The notes below the pieces were generated by a model. That model saw nothing but the letters and a program-made list of their open reading frames with translations, was not told the origin of the DNA and did no database searches. Below, in pieces: positions 17,676 to 29,435 of a DNA stretch of 64,000 nt (the stretch's first letter is position 1; every line of letters starts with the position of its first letter). Source of the stretch: a bacterium (lineage in GTDB: Bacteria > Patescibacteriota > UBA1384 > CAILIB01 > JAUSJZ01); contig JAUSJZ010000010.1 in the NCBI GenBank assembly GCA_030647115.1, positions 4,540 to 68,539 of the forward strand. Direction: 5' to 3'. Made by a program: the position numbers and the translations under genes.

Positions 17676-18735
17676 ACGCCTGCGAGTCGCCCTCGTTAAG
17701 GACTGGCTAACTAGCTACGGTGGATCTGAAGAACAGTTGTGGCAGCTACACTTGCTCTACCCCGATGCTCCTATTTACACCTCTGTCTACGACGAGCAAC
17801 GGTTGCCGCAGTTTAAAAAAGCCACTATTAAAGAGATGTCCCTTTCGGGCTGGTTTAGAAAGGGCAGACGTTTCGAAAAATTGGCACTTATCTTACCCCT
17901 ATATTTTTCCACATTGCACCTGTCAGATTATGACCTGGTGATTTCGATCACATCGGGTTTTGCTAAAGCCGTGACAACCAACTCCCAAACCGTTCACCTG
18001 TGTATCTGTAACACTCCCATTCGGTTCGCGTGGGGTTTTGGTACCGATAAGAGGGGACTATTGGGTAGCATTCTGGCGCCCCTGTTCCGCTGGTTTGATA
18101 AACGGTCTGCTCAAAAAGTTGATTACTTTCTGGCCAATTCAGTCAATGTCGCCCGCCGCATCAAACAGGTCTACCAGCGCGATAGTGAGGTGCTGTACCC
18201 GCCGGTTCACGTCGAGAATTTTATTGATCTCAAACGCAGCCGCCAACCCGAAGGGCTGATAACGATTGGCCGTTTAGTTTATTACAAAAGAATAGATCTC
18301 ATTATTGCCGCCTGTAATCAACTACAACTACCGTTGACCGTTATTGGCACCGGCCCCGAAGAGAGTCGCTTACAAAAGCTGGCCGGACCGACAGTCAAGT
18401 TATTAGGTTTTTGTGACACCGCGAAAATTAAACAAGAACTGACTAAAGCCAAAGCCTTCGTCTTTGCCGCCGAAGAAGATTTTGGTATCGCACCGGTAGA
18501 AGCGATGGCAGCCGGGTGTCCGGTGATCGCCCTTAAAAAGGGAGGCTCGCTCGAGACGGTTACTAGTAAGACCGGCACTTTTTTTAACGAACAGACGGTA
18601 GACAGTCTGGTAGAGGCGATACAGCACCTGCCAGCAGACTGGGATATTGTCTCAATGAGAAAACAGGCCAATAAGTTTTCAGTGGAAAAATTTATTACCG
18701 GTGTTACCTCCTTTATTGATCGTTTTACACGATAA
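17665..18735 (+). CDS. glycosyltransferase family 4 (WbaZ-like)
   Basis: DWL..YGGSE, YPPV, GRLVYYKR, EEDFGIAPVEAMAAG. Confidence 0.93.
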   Translation: MPTKRLRVALVKDWLTSYGGSEEQLWQLHLLYPDAPIYTSVYDEQRLPQFKKATIKEMSLSGWFRKGRRFEKLALILPLYFSTLHLSDYDLVISITSGFAKAVTTNSQTVHLCICNTPIRFAWGFGTDKRGLLGSILAPLFRWFDKRSAQKVDYFLANSVNVARRIKQVYQRDSEVLYPPVHVENFIDLKRSRQPEGLITIGRLVYYKRIDLIIAACNQLQLPLTVIGTGPEESRLQKLAGPTVKLLGFCDTAKIKQELTKAKAFVFAAEEDFGIAPVEAMAAGCPVIALKKGGSLETVTSKTGTFFNEQTVDSLVEAIQHLPADWDIVSMRKQANKFSVEKFITGVTSFIDRFTR

Positions 18736-18761
18736 TTTATGACTGTGGCATAATAGAGGCA

Positions 18762-20285
18762 ATGAGAGAGAGGGCAAAGTTGTTTGCGTTGGTGTTGGTC
18801 ACACTGACCTTATTGTTGATGGCTCCAAAATGTCTGGCGTGGAGTGAAAGTAATAATTTCATTCTAGATGATGCCAGCATCGCCCCTAATTTTACCGGAG
18901 ATTCTGGTAACCAATCGATAACGGCCACGGTCAGCCCCTTACAAAATTCACAGAGTGCCAGCAATACTCTAAACGAAGCCGGAGTAACCATTAAGGCGGT
19001 CCTACCGACTCCTTTGGCACCGTCACTACAAGCAGTTGATGGTGTCACGAAAGTTCTTAACGTTAAAATTTCACTGGGTGATAACGATCGAGCCAGTCGG
19101 GTACAGCTAAGATTAGTCTCCACCGACGGTACTTATACGGGTTACTTCATACCAAACAGTCAGGCTGTCAGTGTTAGTGATAGCTGGGTAGGGTATAACA
19201 GCTGGGGTGAAGAGTGGCGTCAGCTAAAGGAACTAGACGTTAACAAACAATATCGAGCTCAAGTCAGGGTTAAGACCGATGATTTCAGTGTCTCTGAATT
19301 TAGCGCTTTCAGTGAGGTAGTTACTCCAAACGGTATTTTGACCGCAGAGACCGGCACTCCCACCAGCAGTGTTCTGCCTAAATCATGGCAAACGAGTCGG
19401 GCTAAAAGTCTCTTGACAGCCATCGCGACGGCCCTACTACCCTTAACCGCTGCTGCCCTAATAATTCAGGCGGGAGCGGCTATCTCTATTATTGGTGAAT
19501 TACTACTAAACCTACTGGGGCGTCTTCTGGCCTCACTGCTATCGCTAGCACAATTGGTTGCCCTTGCCGGTCGAAAAAAAATCTTTGGCCAGATAATGGA
19601 CAGTAAAACCAAAAAACCGGTGCCTGGAGCACAGGTCTCTTTATTACGCCCCGATACCAGGCGAGTCCTTGACATGCAAACGACCGACCAATACGGGCGA
19701 TACTATTTTATTGCCAACAATAAACAACCGTATCTGCTGACCATTAATAAAGAAGGCTTTGATTATTGGGAGCAGGTGCTGCACTACAAGATTAACCGTC
19801 GTATCTATCTGGGTGAAAGTCTAGAGAACGACGTACCGCTACTGAAAGATAAATTTAAAAAAACGAAGTTGATGAGGGGCCTAGAGACTATCAGGGTTCC
19901 ACTACTGTTAATCGGCTCCATCTCGTGGTTGGGTGTATTTATCCAACAACAGTCTGTTCTGACCTGGGGTCTGGGAGTTTATTACGTACTGGCTTGGGTG
20001 TTAGAAATATACATCAGAATACAACCGCGACCTTTTGGGTTAGTCGTGGCTGCCACGACCAATGAGCCTCTGTCTTTAGTGGTAGTGCGCATTTACAACA
20101 ATGTTCATAAGTTGATTGAGACGGTCATCGGTGATGAACAGGGTCGCTTTAAGACCCTACTGCAGCCCGGCCGGTACAACTTTACGTTTGCTAAACAAGG
20201 TTATAAACCGAATGAATTGAACGGAATTATCATTGACCGGCATCTGGCAAGCTTGAAAGTGGATGTCACCATGTATCGTGTATAA
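18762..20285 (+). CDS. membrane protein with an extracellular domain and two carboxypeptidase-regulatory-like domains
   Basis: Signal peptide, internal TMs, GQIMDSKTKKPVPGAQV..TDQYGRY and EPLSLVVVRI..DEQGRF..PGRY. Confidence 0.75.
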   Translation: MRERAKLFALVLVTLTLLLMAPKCLAWSESNNFILDDASIAPNFTGDSGNQSITATVSPLQNSQSASNTLNEAGVTIKAVLPTPLAPSLQAVDGVTKVLNVKISLGDNDRASRVQLRLVSTDGTYTGYFIPNSQAVSVSDSWVGYNSWGEEWRQLKELDVNKQYRAQVRVKTDDFSVSEFSAFSEVVTPNGILTAETGTPTSSVLPKSWQTSRAKSLLTAIATALLPLTAAALIIQAGAAISIIGELLLNLLGRLLASLLSLAQLVALAGRKKIFGQIMDSKTKKPVPGAQVSLLRPDTRRVLDMQTTDQYGRYYFIANNKQPYLLTINKEGFDYWEQVLHYKINRRIYLGESLENDVPLLKDKFKKTKLMRGLETIRVPLLLIGSISWLGVFIQQQSVLTWGLGVYYVLAWVLEIYIRIQPRPFGLVVAATTNEPLSLVVVRIYNNVHKLIETVIGDEQGRFKTLLQPGRYNFTFAKQGYKPNELNGIIIDRHLASLKVDVTMYRV

Positions 20286-20295
20286 TTAAGTTATC

Positions 20296-23200
20296 TTGAA
20301 GGGGCAAAGTCGACTAACATCACATTTGCGCCGTTTCTTGACCATATTTTTAGGTGTGGTGGTTTTGATGTTGTCGTCACAAACAACGTCTAGGGCAGCG
20401 ACGATCAACCAATTTACTTTTCAGGCGCGTATCTTGAGTAAAGACCGCACCAGTACTCCTACTGGCAATTACAACTTCCGTTTTAGCATCTTTAACGTCG
20501 AAACGGGTGGTTCACAGTTATGGCAGGAAACTACCAATGGGGTCACGGTCAATTACGGTAAGTTTACGGTCATTCTGGGAAATTCCACCAGCCTCAATTC
20601 AGTTAACTTTAATAGTGAGGCCCTATACCTGCTGGTGGAGTTTGATTCCGATAATAACGGCAGTTTTGACCAGTCATTTGATAATCGACTGGCTTTGACG
20701 GCCGTACCGGTGGCCCAGAACGCAAAAAAGCTTGGTGGTAAGAGTGGGTCTCAATTTGCCACTTTGACCGAGAACGAGACTGTCAGTGGCAGTTATCTAT
20801 TTGAAAACAACCTTACCGTACAGGGCACTACCGTTTTGGCGGCCAGTCTTAACGGTATGGTTAAAGCCTCATCTGGCACTATTCAAAATGCTATTGCCGG
20901 AGCCGACTATCAGGCACCAATTAGCTGGGGCGATGGCTTAACGGTAGATAATAACACCGCCGCTTTAGATTATAACTCCACCAACCTTAGAATAACCTCC
21001 GAGAAAATAAATACCATTCAAGATATTGCAACGGGTGCCACACCCCAATTTGCTCGAATAGGAGTTGGCCAGGCGGCCAATAACAGTCTGATCTCTCTAC
21101 CGGCGTCCACCGGAGCCACTGGTGGGTTTGACTTGGGGGGTGATGTTAACCTCTATCGTTCGGCCAGTAATACCCTCAAGACCGATGACAGTTTGGTGAT
21201 AGGCGGCACCTCGGCTGACTTATTGGCCCAAGGAGATTTACGACTCTACGATACCGACTCCTCAAACTACGTCGCTTTACAGTCTCCAACGTCCGTGTCA
21301 TCTAACATCGTCTGGACCTTACCGGGCACCGACAGTAGCGGTTGTCTCTCTAGTAATGGTTCCGGTACTATCTCCATCGCCGCTTGTTTGAGTGCTGCAG
21401 CTCCAACTGATGCTCAATATCTAACCCTGGCCGCAAATGGTACCCTGTCAGCCGAACGGATACTGCTAGGTACCAGCAATCAAATTATTTTGGCCGATAC
21501 CGGAGCCAACGGTAATCTAACGCTGTCACTGCCCCAAGACATTGCCACCAGTTCGGCCGTACAGTTTGGTTCGCTGGGGTTGGGTACGGCGGCCGGTTCG
21601 GCTAAATTAACTTTCACTGCCGCGACCACCGCCGCCGGAGGCATTGATTTTGGAACAGACGTTACGCTCTATCGCTCGGCCGCCAATCGACTCAAAACCG
21701 ATGACGTCTTAATAGTAGATACCGGAGCCAGTGTAACCGACATTACCAGTTTTGACGCAGGCACCGTAATGGTAGTGGCCAGTACCGGTCATTCTACTAT
21801 CTCGACCTATTCGACCAGAAACACTGACGGTAGCGCTATCGGTGGGATGCGGTTTTATGGCAATAATGATGCGGCCTCACCGTCAGTAATCCAGTACGGT
21901 ATCGTTAGCGGTTCAATAGTTGATAGTGCCGCTGGCGACGAGACCGGTAAGGTATCCATTTACACTAGAAATGATACGGCAAGCAGCAACGATTGGGGTC
22001 GCGTTGATTTTGATGAAAACGGAAAAATCTGGTTAGGGGCGGTCAGCGCTTCTGGTACTGGCACCAATGATGTTAATCTCTATCGTTCGACTACCGATAC
22101 CTTAAAGACTGATGATGCTTTCATCGCTGCCAACATCACTTCAGGCGGGTTGACATCGGGTCGTGTTACCTACGCCGGAGCCTCTGGTCTATTACAAGAC
22201 TCGGCCAGTATGACTTTCGACACCACTAACGGTCTGATTCTAGCGGCCGGTTCAGCCTCAGCACTAAAGCTATCTTCAACGGCCGGTACCGCTGTCGGTG
22301 GTTTACTCTTGGGTACCGATACCACTCTCTATCGCTCGACCACGGATACTTTAAAGACTGATGATAGTCTAATTGTCGCCGGTGCCTCACTAGATTTATT
22401 AACCCAGGGTGATGTGCGGCTCTATGACAGTGATTCTTCTAATTACGTCGCCTTCCAGAGCCCGGCCACAGTCGGTACTAATATCATCTGGACTTTGCCA
22501 AGTACCGACAGTTCGGGTTGTCTATCGAGTAATGGCTCGGCGACGCTCTCTTGGGCAGCCTGTAGTGGTTCGGGGAGTCTCGACGATGCCTATAATAATG
22601 GAAGTACAATTACCGTCGATGCTGGGGCAATTGTCTTGAACGACTCCGGCACCACTACAACCTTGTTCGATATTAATCAGTCGGGGGCGATTACCGGTAC
22701 GGCACCACTTATCGATGTCGATTACTCAACCTCAATCAACAACGCCGCTGACTACGCGAGTCTAAGCCTAACCGGAGTCACCAATGCCGGCGCCGGGTTC
22801 TCAATTGGTATTGATCTGGCTGGTTTTGATTACGGTATTCAATCGGCTCTGCCGTACGTATTATCTTCCTCTAAAGCAGCTGATAGCATCGACTTTCTCT
22901 CTAAGAAACCCGACAGTTCGGGTGGTACCCAGTTTCTCTTCGACACCAGTGCCACGGTTGCTACCGCTTCGTTATTCGCGGTGAAGAATAACGGTACCGG
23001 CAGTATCTTTGTCATTAATGGCAATGGTAGAGTAGGTATTGGCACTGAAGTAGCCGGGGATAAATTGGATGTTCAGGGGGGTAATATTCGTAACAGTGCC
23101 TTAGCCGGGGTGGGTAACCGGGCCGTTTATTCTGATGCCAATGGGGTACTAACCAACAGCGCCTCCGATCAAAATATAAAAACCAATATCGTATCGTTGG

Positions 23201-23913
23201 CTTCCAGTATGAGCGCCCTCGATACGATCTCTCAATTAAGGGGAGTCTATTACAATTGGCTCGATACTGATAGATTGGGTAGCCAACGCGAGATCGGCTT
23301 TGTTGCTCAAGAGGTTCAACCGTATCTACCGGAATTAATTGGATCTAATCATGACGGCACCTTGTCGCTCGATTATCCCAAACTAACGGCCGTCTTGACC
23401 GAAGCCGTAAAACAGCTTAATACCGAAGTCAAAGCTCTTCAGGGTACCACTATGACAGCAGAGGAGATTATCAGTCCGACCAGTAAAGATTTAATCTTGA
23501 GACCAAGTACGGGTAAGATACTCGCCCAGGGCTCCATTGATGTGGCGGGCACTTTAGTGGTGAGCGGGGCGACAACCCTCGCTGATACCCTGACGAAAGA
23601 TCTGGCGGTAGCCGGTACTTTTATGGTCAAGGGTAGCGGTACTGCCGACTACGAATTAGACGGTTCTGAAGACGATACCAATTTGATTGGCGGTACTGAA
23701 AAAGCTGCCATTGCCAACGGCCAGACTGAGACTAACATCAGTATTCCATCACAGGGCACCAATAATTATTCGGTTATTGCCACCTGGCTGAACGACCCCG
23801 GGCAATCATTCTGGACAACCGTAACCGACTCGGAGCATTTCAAGGTCAGGGTGAGTAACCCGGTCGCCGCCGATTCTACCTTCCGTTATCTACTAATCAA
23901 TAACGAACAGTAG
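20296..23913 (+). CDS. large secreted tail-fibre-like surface protein with peptidase S74 (intramolecular chaperone) domain
   Basis: Signal peptide; S/T/G-rich repeats; SDQNIKTNI..LRGVYYNW..IGFVAQEV..PELI..LDYPKLTAVLTEAVKQL. Confidence 0.85.
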   Translation: MKGQSRLTSHLRRFLTIFLGVVVLMLSSQTTSRAATINQFTFQARILSKDRTSTPTGNYNFRFSIFNVETGGSQLWQETTNGVTVNYGKFTVILGNSTSLNSVNFNSEALYLLVEFDSDNNGSFDQSFDNRLALTAVPVAQNAKKLGGKSGSQFATLTENETVSGSYLFENNLTVQGTTVLAASLNGMVKASSGTIQNAIAGADYQAPISWGDGLTVDNNTAALDYNSTNLRITSEKINTIQDIATGATPQFARIGVGQAANNSLISLPASTGATGGFDLGGDVNLYRSASNTLKTDDSLVIGGTSADLLAQGDLRLYDTDSSNYVALQSPTSVSSNIVWTLPGTDSSGCLSSNGSGTISIAACLSAAAPTDAQYLTLAANGTLSAERILLGTSNQIILADTGANGNLTLSLPQDIATSSAVQFGSLGLGTAAGSAKLTFTAATTAAGGIDFGTDVTLYRSAANRLKTDDVLIVDTGASVTDITSFDAGTVMVVASTGHSTISTYSTRNTDGSAIGGMRFYGNNDAASPSVIQYGIVSGSIVDSAAGDETGKVSIYTRNDTASSNDWGRVDFDENGKIWLGAVSASGTGTNDVNLYRSTTDTLKTDDAFIAANITSGGLTSGRVTYAGASGLLQDSASMTFDTTNGLILAAGSASALKLSSTAGTAVGGLLLGTDTTLYRSTTDTLKTDDSLIVAGASLDLLTQGDVRLYDSDSSNYVAFQSPATVGTNIIWTLPSTDSSGCLSSNGSATLSWAACSGSGSLDDAYNNGSTITVDAGAIVLNDSGTTTTLFDINQSGAITGTAPLIDVDYSTSINNAADYASLSLTGVTNAGAGFSIGIDLAGFDYGIQSALPYVLSSSKAADSIDFLSKKPDSSGGTQFLFDTSATVATASLFAVKNNGTGSIFVINGNGRVGIGTEVAGDKLDVQGGNIRNSALAGVGNRAVYSDANGVLTNSASDQNIKTNIVSLASSMSALDTISQLRGVYYNWLDTDRLGSQREIGFVAQEVQPYLPELIGSNHDGTLSLDYPKLTAVLTEAVKQLNTEVKALQGTTMTAEEIISPTSKDLILRPSTGKILAQGSIDVAGTLVVSGATTLADTLTKDLAVAGTFMVKGSGTADYELDGSEDDTNLIGGTEKAAIANGQTETNISIPSQGTNNYSVIATWLNDPGQSFWTTVTDSEHFKVRVSNPVAADSTFRYLLINNEQ
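21121..22563 (+). repeat. intragenic 89-codon duplication (21121-21387 and 22297-22563) plus four LYRS..LKTDD motifs
   Basis: Both copies are 267 nt and read GG..LG.D..LYRS...TLKTDDSL...DLL.QGD.RLYD.DSSNYVA.QSP..V..NI.WTLP.TDSSGCLSSNGS.T.S.AAC. Confidence 0.9.
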
Positions 23914-23945
23914 CGACCACAGTAGCTAACTGCTACTGTTGAAAC

Positions 23946-24914
23946 GTGGAATATCTAATACCGCACTACGGTTCTTTGAAATTGGTCAAGAAAGCGGTAC
24001 GCAGTATCAGACGCTGTGACGGTAACGCCCGCATTTTAATTGGAGACGATACCAGACTATTGCAGACGTCAGACTTTACGACCAAGGTAAATATTTTTAA
24101 AGGTCCGCAACGTGGATTTGCGGCTAACGTTAATAACCTGTTAAGGAATGCCCAATACGAGTGGGTAGTTATCATCAATAATGACGTTGAACTATTTAGT
24201 GACTGGCGGGTAATTATAGAGAATAATCTTGAAGAACTAGACCCAAAAATATACTGCCTGGCCAGCAGTCTCTACCGACCCGACGGGCGAGTAGATAGTT
24301 TTGGCGATAATTACTCTTGGTATGGTCAAGGCTACAATCGTTTTCATCTACTCTCACCGAAGAATAAGATGTACAATCGAGTGCGAGTGTTGGGAGCAAC
24401 CGGGGCTCTGATGGTTGTCAGACGTAGCGTTCTACTGCGCTATGGTGGTTTTTCGGAGATATTGGGTAGTTACTGCGAGGATACGGCCTTTCATCTCTTA
24501 GCCAATAATGATGGTTGGTGCAGTTATTTCATCCCGGACGCGCGGGCTTTTCACACCGGTTCCGCTACCTTCAACCTCGATCAAAAACTGCAGCTGTCGG
24601 CTCGTAATAGCCTTTTGGTCATCCGGTCGCTATTTAAGGGCAAGTTGAGGCAACATCTGTTAAGAAGGGCTTATCACTACTGGAAGTTAAAGGCTCTGTT
24701 CAGTCGTAAATTTCGATTGCAGATTTTAGAAGGCATTAGAGCCGGTTTGTCAGAAATACCCTATCGAGCAAAACGTAAAATTGATCATTGGCCGGATGGG
24801 TTATATTTTGAGGGTTTTGCCACCTCTACCTGGCGTCTGACAAAGCAGCTATTGGGTAATCGTGTAATCGCTAAGTTGGGGCGTCTATTCACCCTAAACG
24901 ACATTGATAGTTGA
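23946..24914 (+). CDS. glycosyltransferase family 2
   Basis: LIPHY, IGDD, GFAANVN, NNDV, GALMVVR, GGF..YCED. Confidence 0.88.
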   Translation: MEYLIPHYGSLKLVKKAVRSIRRCDGNARILIGDDTRLLQTSDFTTKVNIFKGPQRGFAANVNNLLRNAQYEWVVIINNDVELFSDWRVIIENNLEELDPKIYCLASSLYRPDGRVDSFGDNYSWYGQGYNRFHLLSPKNKMYNRVRVLGATGALMVVRRSVLLRYGGFSEILGSYCEDTAFHLLANNDGWCSYFIPDARAFHTGSATFNLDQKLQLSARNSLLVIRSLFKGKLRQHLLRRAYHYWKLKALFSRKFRLQILEGIRAGLSEIPYRAKRKIDHWPDGLYFEGFATSTWRLTKQLLGNRVIAKLGRLFTLNDIDS

Positions 24915-24943
24915 GTAATTTAGTGCTACTATAAAGAAGTTAG

Positions 24944-26917
<1,974 letters not shown>

Positions 26918-26918
26918 G

Positions 26919-29435
26919 ATGCCAAAAGCTAAAGATAATAAAAAACCGGCCAGTTTTATCGGGCGCGTCGAACAACGCGAGGTTGTCGATGAGATGCGTA
27001 CATCTTATTTAGACTACGCCATGAGCGTCATCGTTGCGCGAGCCTTACCCGATGTTAGGGATGGTTTAAAGCCGGTTCAACGACGCATCTTAGTTACGAC
27101 GCATGACCTAGGTCTGACAGCTAAAGCGAAACACCGCAAATCGGCTAAAATAGCCGGTGACGTTTCCGGTAACTACCATCCACACGGCGAATCCAATGTC
27201 TACCCGGCCATGGTGCGTCTGGCTCAAGATTTCTCTATGCGCTACCGCTTAATTGATGGTCAAGGTAACTTTGGCTCCATCGACGGTGACGAGGCCGCCG
27301 CCATGCGCTACACCGAAGCCCGTATGACTAGCCTGGCTGAACTGATGTTGGCCGACATTGAGAAAGAGACCGTACCCTACGTTGATAACTACGATAATAC
27401 CAGACAAGAACCGAGTGTTTTGCCGGCCGCCCTGCCCCAACTATTACTAAACGGAACTTTGGGTATCGCTGTCGGTATGGCCAGTAATATACCGCCCCAC
27501 AATATCGGTGAGGTCATTGATGGTGTAACCGCCACGATTGACAACCCCAACCTTGAACTGGAAGGACTGATGGAACACATCAAAGGTCCCGATTTTCCCA
27601 CCGGTGCTCATATCTATGGCATTGAAGGCATTAAACAGGCCTACGCTACCGGCCGTGGTCGGGTAGACATTAGAGGCATCGCCGAAATTGAGGAGTTTGA
27701 GGGCAAATCACGCATCGTCATTAGCGAAATTCCATATCAGGTCAATAAGTCAGAGCTGGTATTAAAGGTAGCCGAACTGGTGCGAACCAAAAAACTGGAA
27801 GGTATCTCTGACATCAGAGATGAATCTGACCGAACCGGTTTAAGGGTGGTCATTGAGCTCAAACGGTCAGCCTACCCGAAAAAAGTCTTGAACAGACTAT
27901 ATAGCCTGACCACCCTGCAAACCGCTTTCCATATTAATACGGTGGCTTTGGTGGATGGCATTGAACCGCGTACCCTCTCGCTGAAAGAGATTATCCAACA
28001 TTTTATTAATCACCGGGTCGTCGTAGTCACTAAACGTTCCGAGTATGACCTAGCCCGCGCCCAAGAACGGGCTCATATACTAGAAGGTTTAATCAAAGCC
28101 CTCGATCATATCGATGAGGTGGTAAAGATAATTAGGGCCTCCAAGACGAGAGAAGAGGCGCATAAGAAGCTAGTGGTCAAGTTCGGCTTCTCTAACGAAC
28201 AGACCGTCGCCATTTTAGACATGAGACTGGCCACCCTGGTTGGTTTGGAGCATGACCGGTTGGAAGCAGAGCTCAAAGAGAAGCAGGCCATAATTACTTA
28301 TTTACAGAGTATCTTGGCCGACAAGGTCAAACTGATGGCGGTTATTAAATCGGAATTAGTGGCTATTAAAGAAAAATACGCCGACAAACGCCGGACTAAG
28401 ATCTTCAAACAAGGCCTGGGCTCGTTCACCGCCGAAGACTTAATTCCCAACGAATCGGTTCTGGTTACCCTCACTAAGACTAATTATATTAAGCGCGTAC
28501 CGGTTACCGAGTACAAATCACAGGGCCGGGGTGGCAAAGGGGTGTTGGGCATGTCAACTAAAGAGCAAGATTCCGTTTGGTATACCAAAATTGCCAATAC
28601 TCACGATGATATTCTATTTTTCACCGACCAAGGCCGAATTTTTAAGACTAAAGTATATGAGTTACCGACCGCCAACCGCCAGGCCAAGGGTAACGCCATC
28701 GCTAATGTTATCCAGATTGCACCGGGTGAGACCGTTACGGCCGTCATTGCCGTCGAAAAAAGTATCTGGAGTGAAGAGAACAAATATCTATCGATGGGTA
28801 CCTTGATGGGGACCGTCAAAAAAACGGTGGTCAGCCAATACAAAAACGTCCGCAGTACCGGTATCAAGGCCATCAGTCTCAAAGACGACGACCAACTGCG
28901 CTGGGTTAATATTACTTGCCCCGAAGATTTGGTGATGCAGGTTACCACCAGGGGGCAGGCGATAGTTTACAAAGAAGCCGACGTCAGACCAATGGGCCGC
29001 AGCGCCGCCGGTGTGCGAGGCATCAGATTACGCGAGAATGACGAGGTAGTCTCAACCACCGTTATTCAAAGTGCCGTCAAAGACCAATCGGAGTTGTTAA
29101 TTGTCACCGGTAACGGTTTTGGCAAACGCACCGAGGTTAAACAATTTCCTTTCCAGAAACGGGGCGGAGTCGGTATCAAGGCCGCCAATGTCACCGGCCG
29201 TACCGGGCCGGTTGTCAGTGCTCAAGTCGTAACCGACGAAAAGAGCTCCGTCGTCATTACTTCACAGCGGGGTCAGGTTATTAAAACAATGCTCAAACAG
29301 GTCAAAAAGTTGGGTCGGGTAACCCAGGGTGTAGTAGTGATGCGTCTGAAGAAGGAAGATAAGGTCGCATCGGTTGCCATAATGGCACCGGAGGAATTAA
29401 TTATTGAACAAGAAACCGTTGTTAATAATGGATAA
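26919..29435 (+). CDS. gyrA: DNA gyrase subunit A
   Basis: DGLKPVQRR, YHPHG, AAMRYTE, GyrA-box QGRGGKG. Confidence 0.99.
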   Translation: MPKAKDNKKPASFIGRVEQREVVDEMRTSYLDYAMSVIVARALPDVRDGLKPVQRRILVTTHDLGLTAKAKHRKSAKIAGDVSGNYHPHGESNVYPAMVRLAQDFSMRYRLIDGQGNFGSIDGDEAAAMRYTEARMTSLAELMLADIEKETVPYVDNYDNTRQEPSVLPAALPQLLLNGTLGIAVGMASNIPPHNIGEVIDGVTATIDNPNLELEGLMEHIKGPDFPTGAHIYGIEGIKQAYATGRGRVDIRGIAEIEEFEGKSRIVISEIPYQVNKSELVLKVAELVRTKKLEGISDIRDESDRTGLRVVIELKRSAYPKKVLNRLYSLTTLQTAFHINTVALVDGIEPRTLSLKEIIQHFINHRVVVVTKRSEYDLARAQERAHILEGLIKALDHIDEVVKIIRASKTREEAHKKLVVKFGFSNEQTVAILDMRLATLVGLEHDRLEAELKEKQAIITYLQSILADKVKLMAVIKSELVAIKEKYADKRRTKIFKQGLGSFTAEDLIPNESVLVTLTKTNYIKRVPVTEYKSQGRGGKGVLGMSTKEQDSVWYTKIANTHDDILFFTDQGRIFKTKVYELPTANRQAKGNAIANVIQIAPGETVTAVIAVEKSIWSEENKYLSMGTLMGTVKKTVVSQYKNVRSTGIKAISLKDDDQLRWVNITCPEDLVMQVTTRGQAIVYKEADVRPMGRSAAGVRGIRLRENDEVVSTTVIQSAVKDQSELLIVTGNGFGKRTEVKQFPFQKRGGVGIKAANVTGRTGPVVSAQVVTDEKSSVVITSQRGQVIKTMLKQVKKLGRVTQGVVVMRLKKEDKVASVAIMAPEELIIEQETVVNNG

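Noticed and set aside
20296-23913. Prophage
   Set aside because: No integrase, terminase, capsid or other phage genes; the protein has a signal peptide and sits among envelope genes
23919-23945. Leaderless promoter for the GT2 gene (TGcTACTGT)
   Set aside because: The same bases form the acagtagc/gctactgt hairpin after the fibre gene; too ambiguous to call
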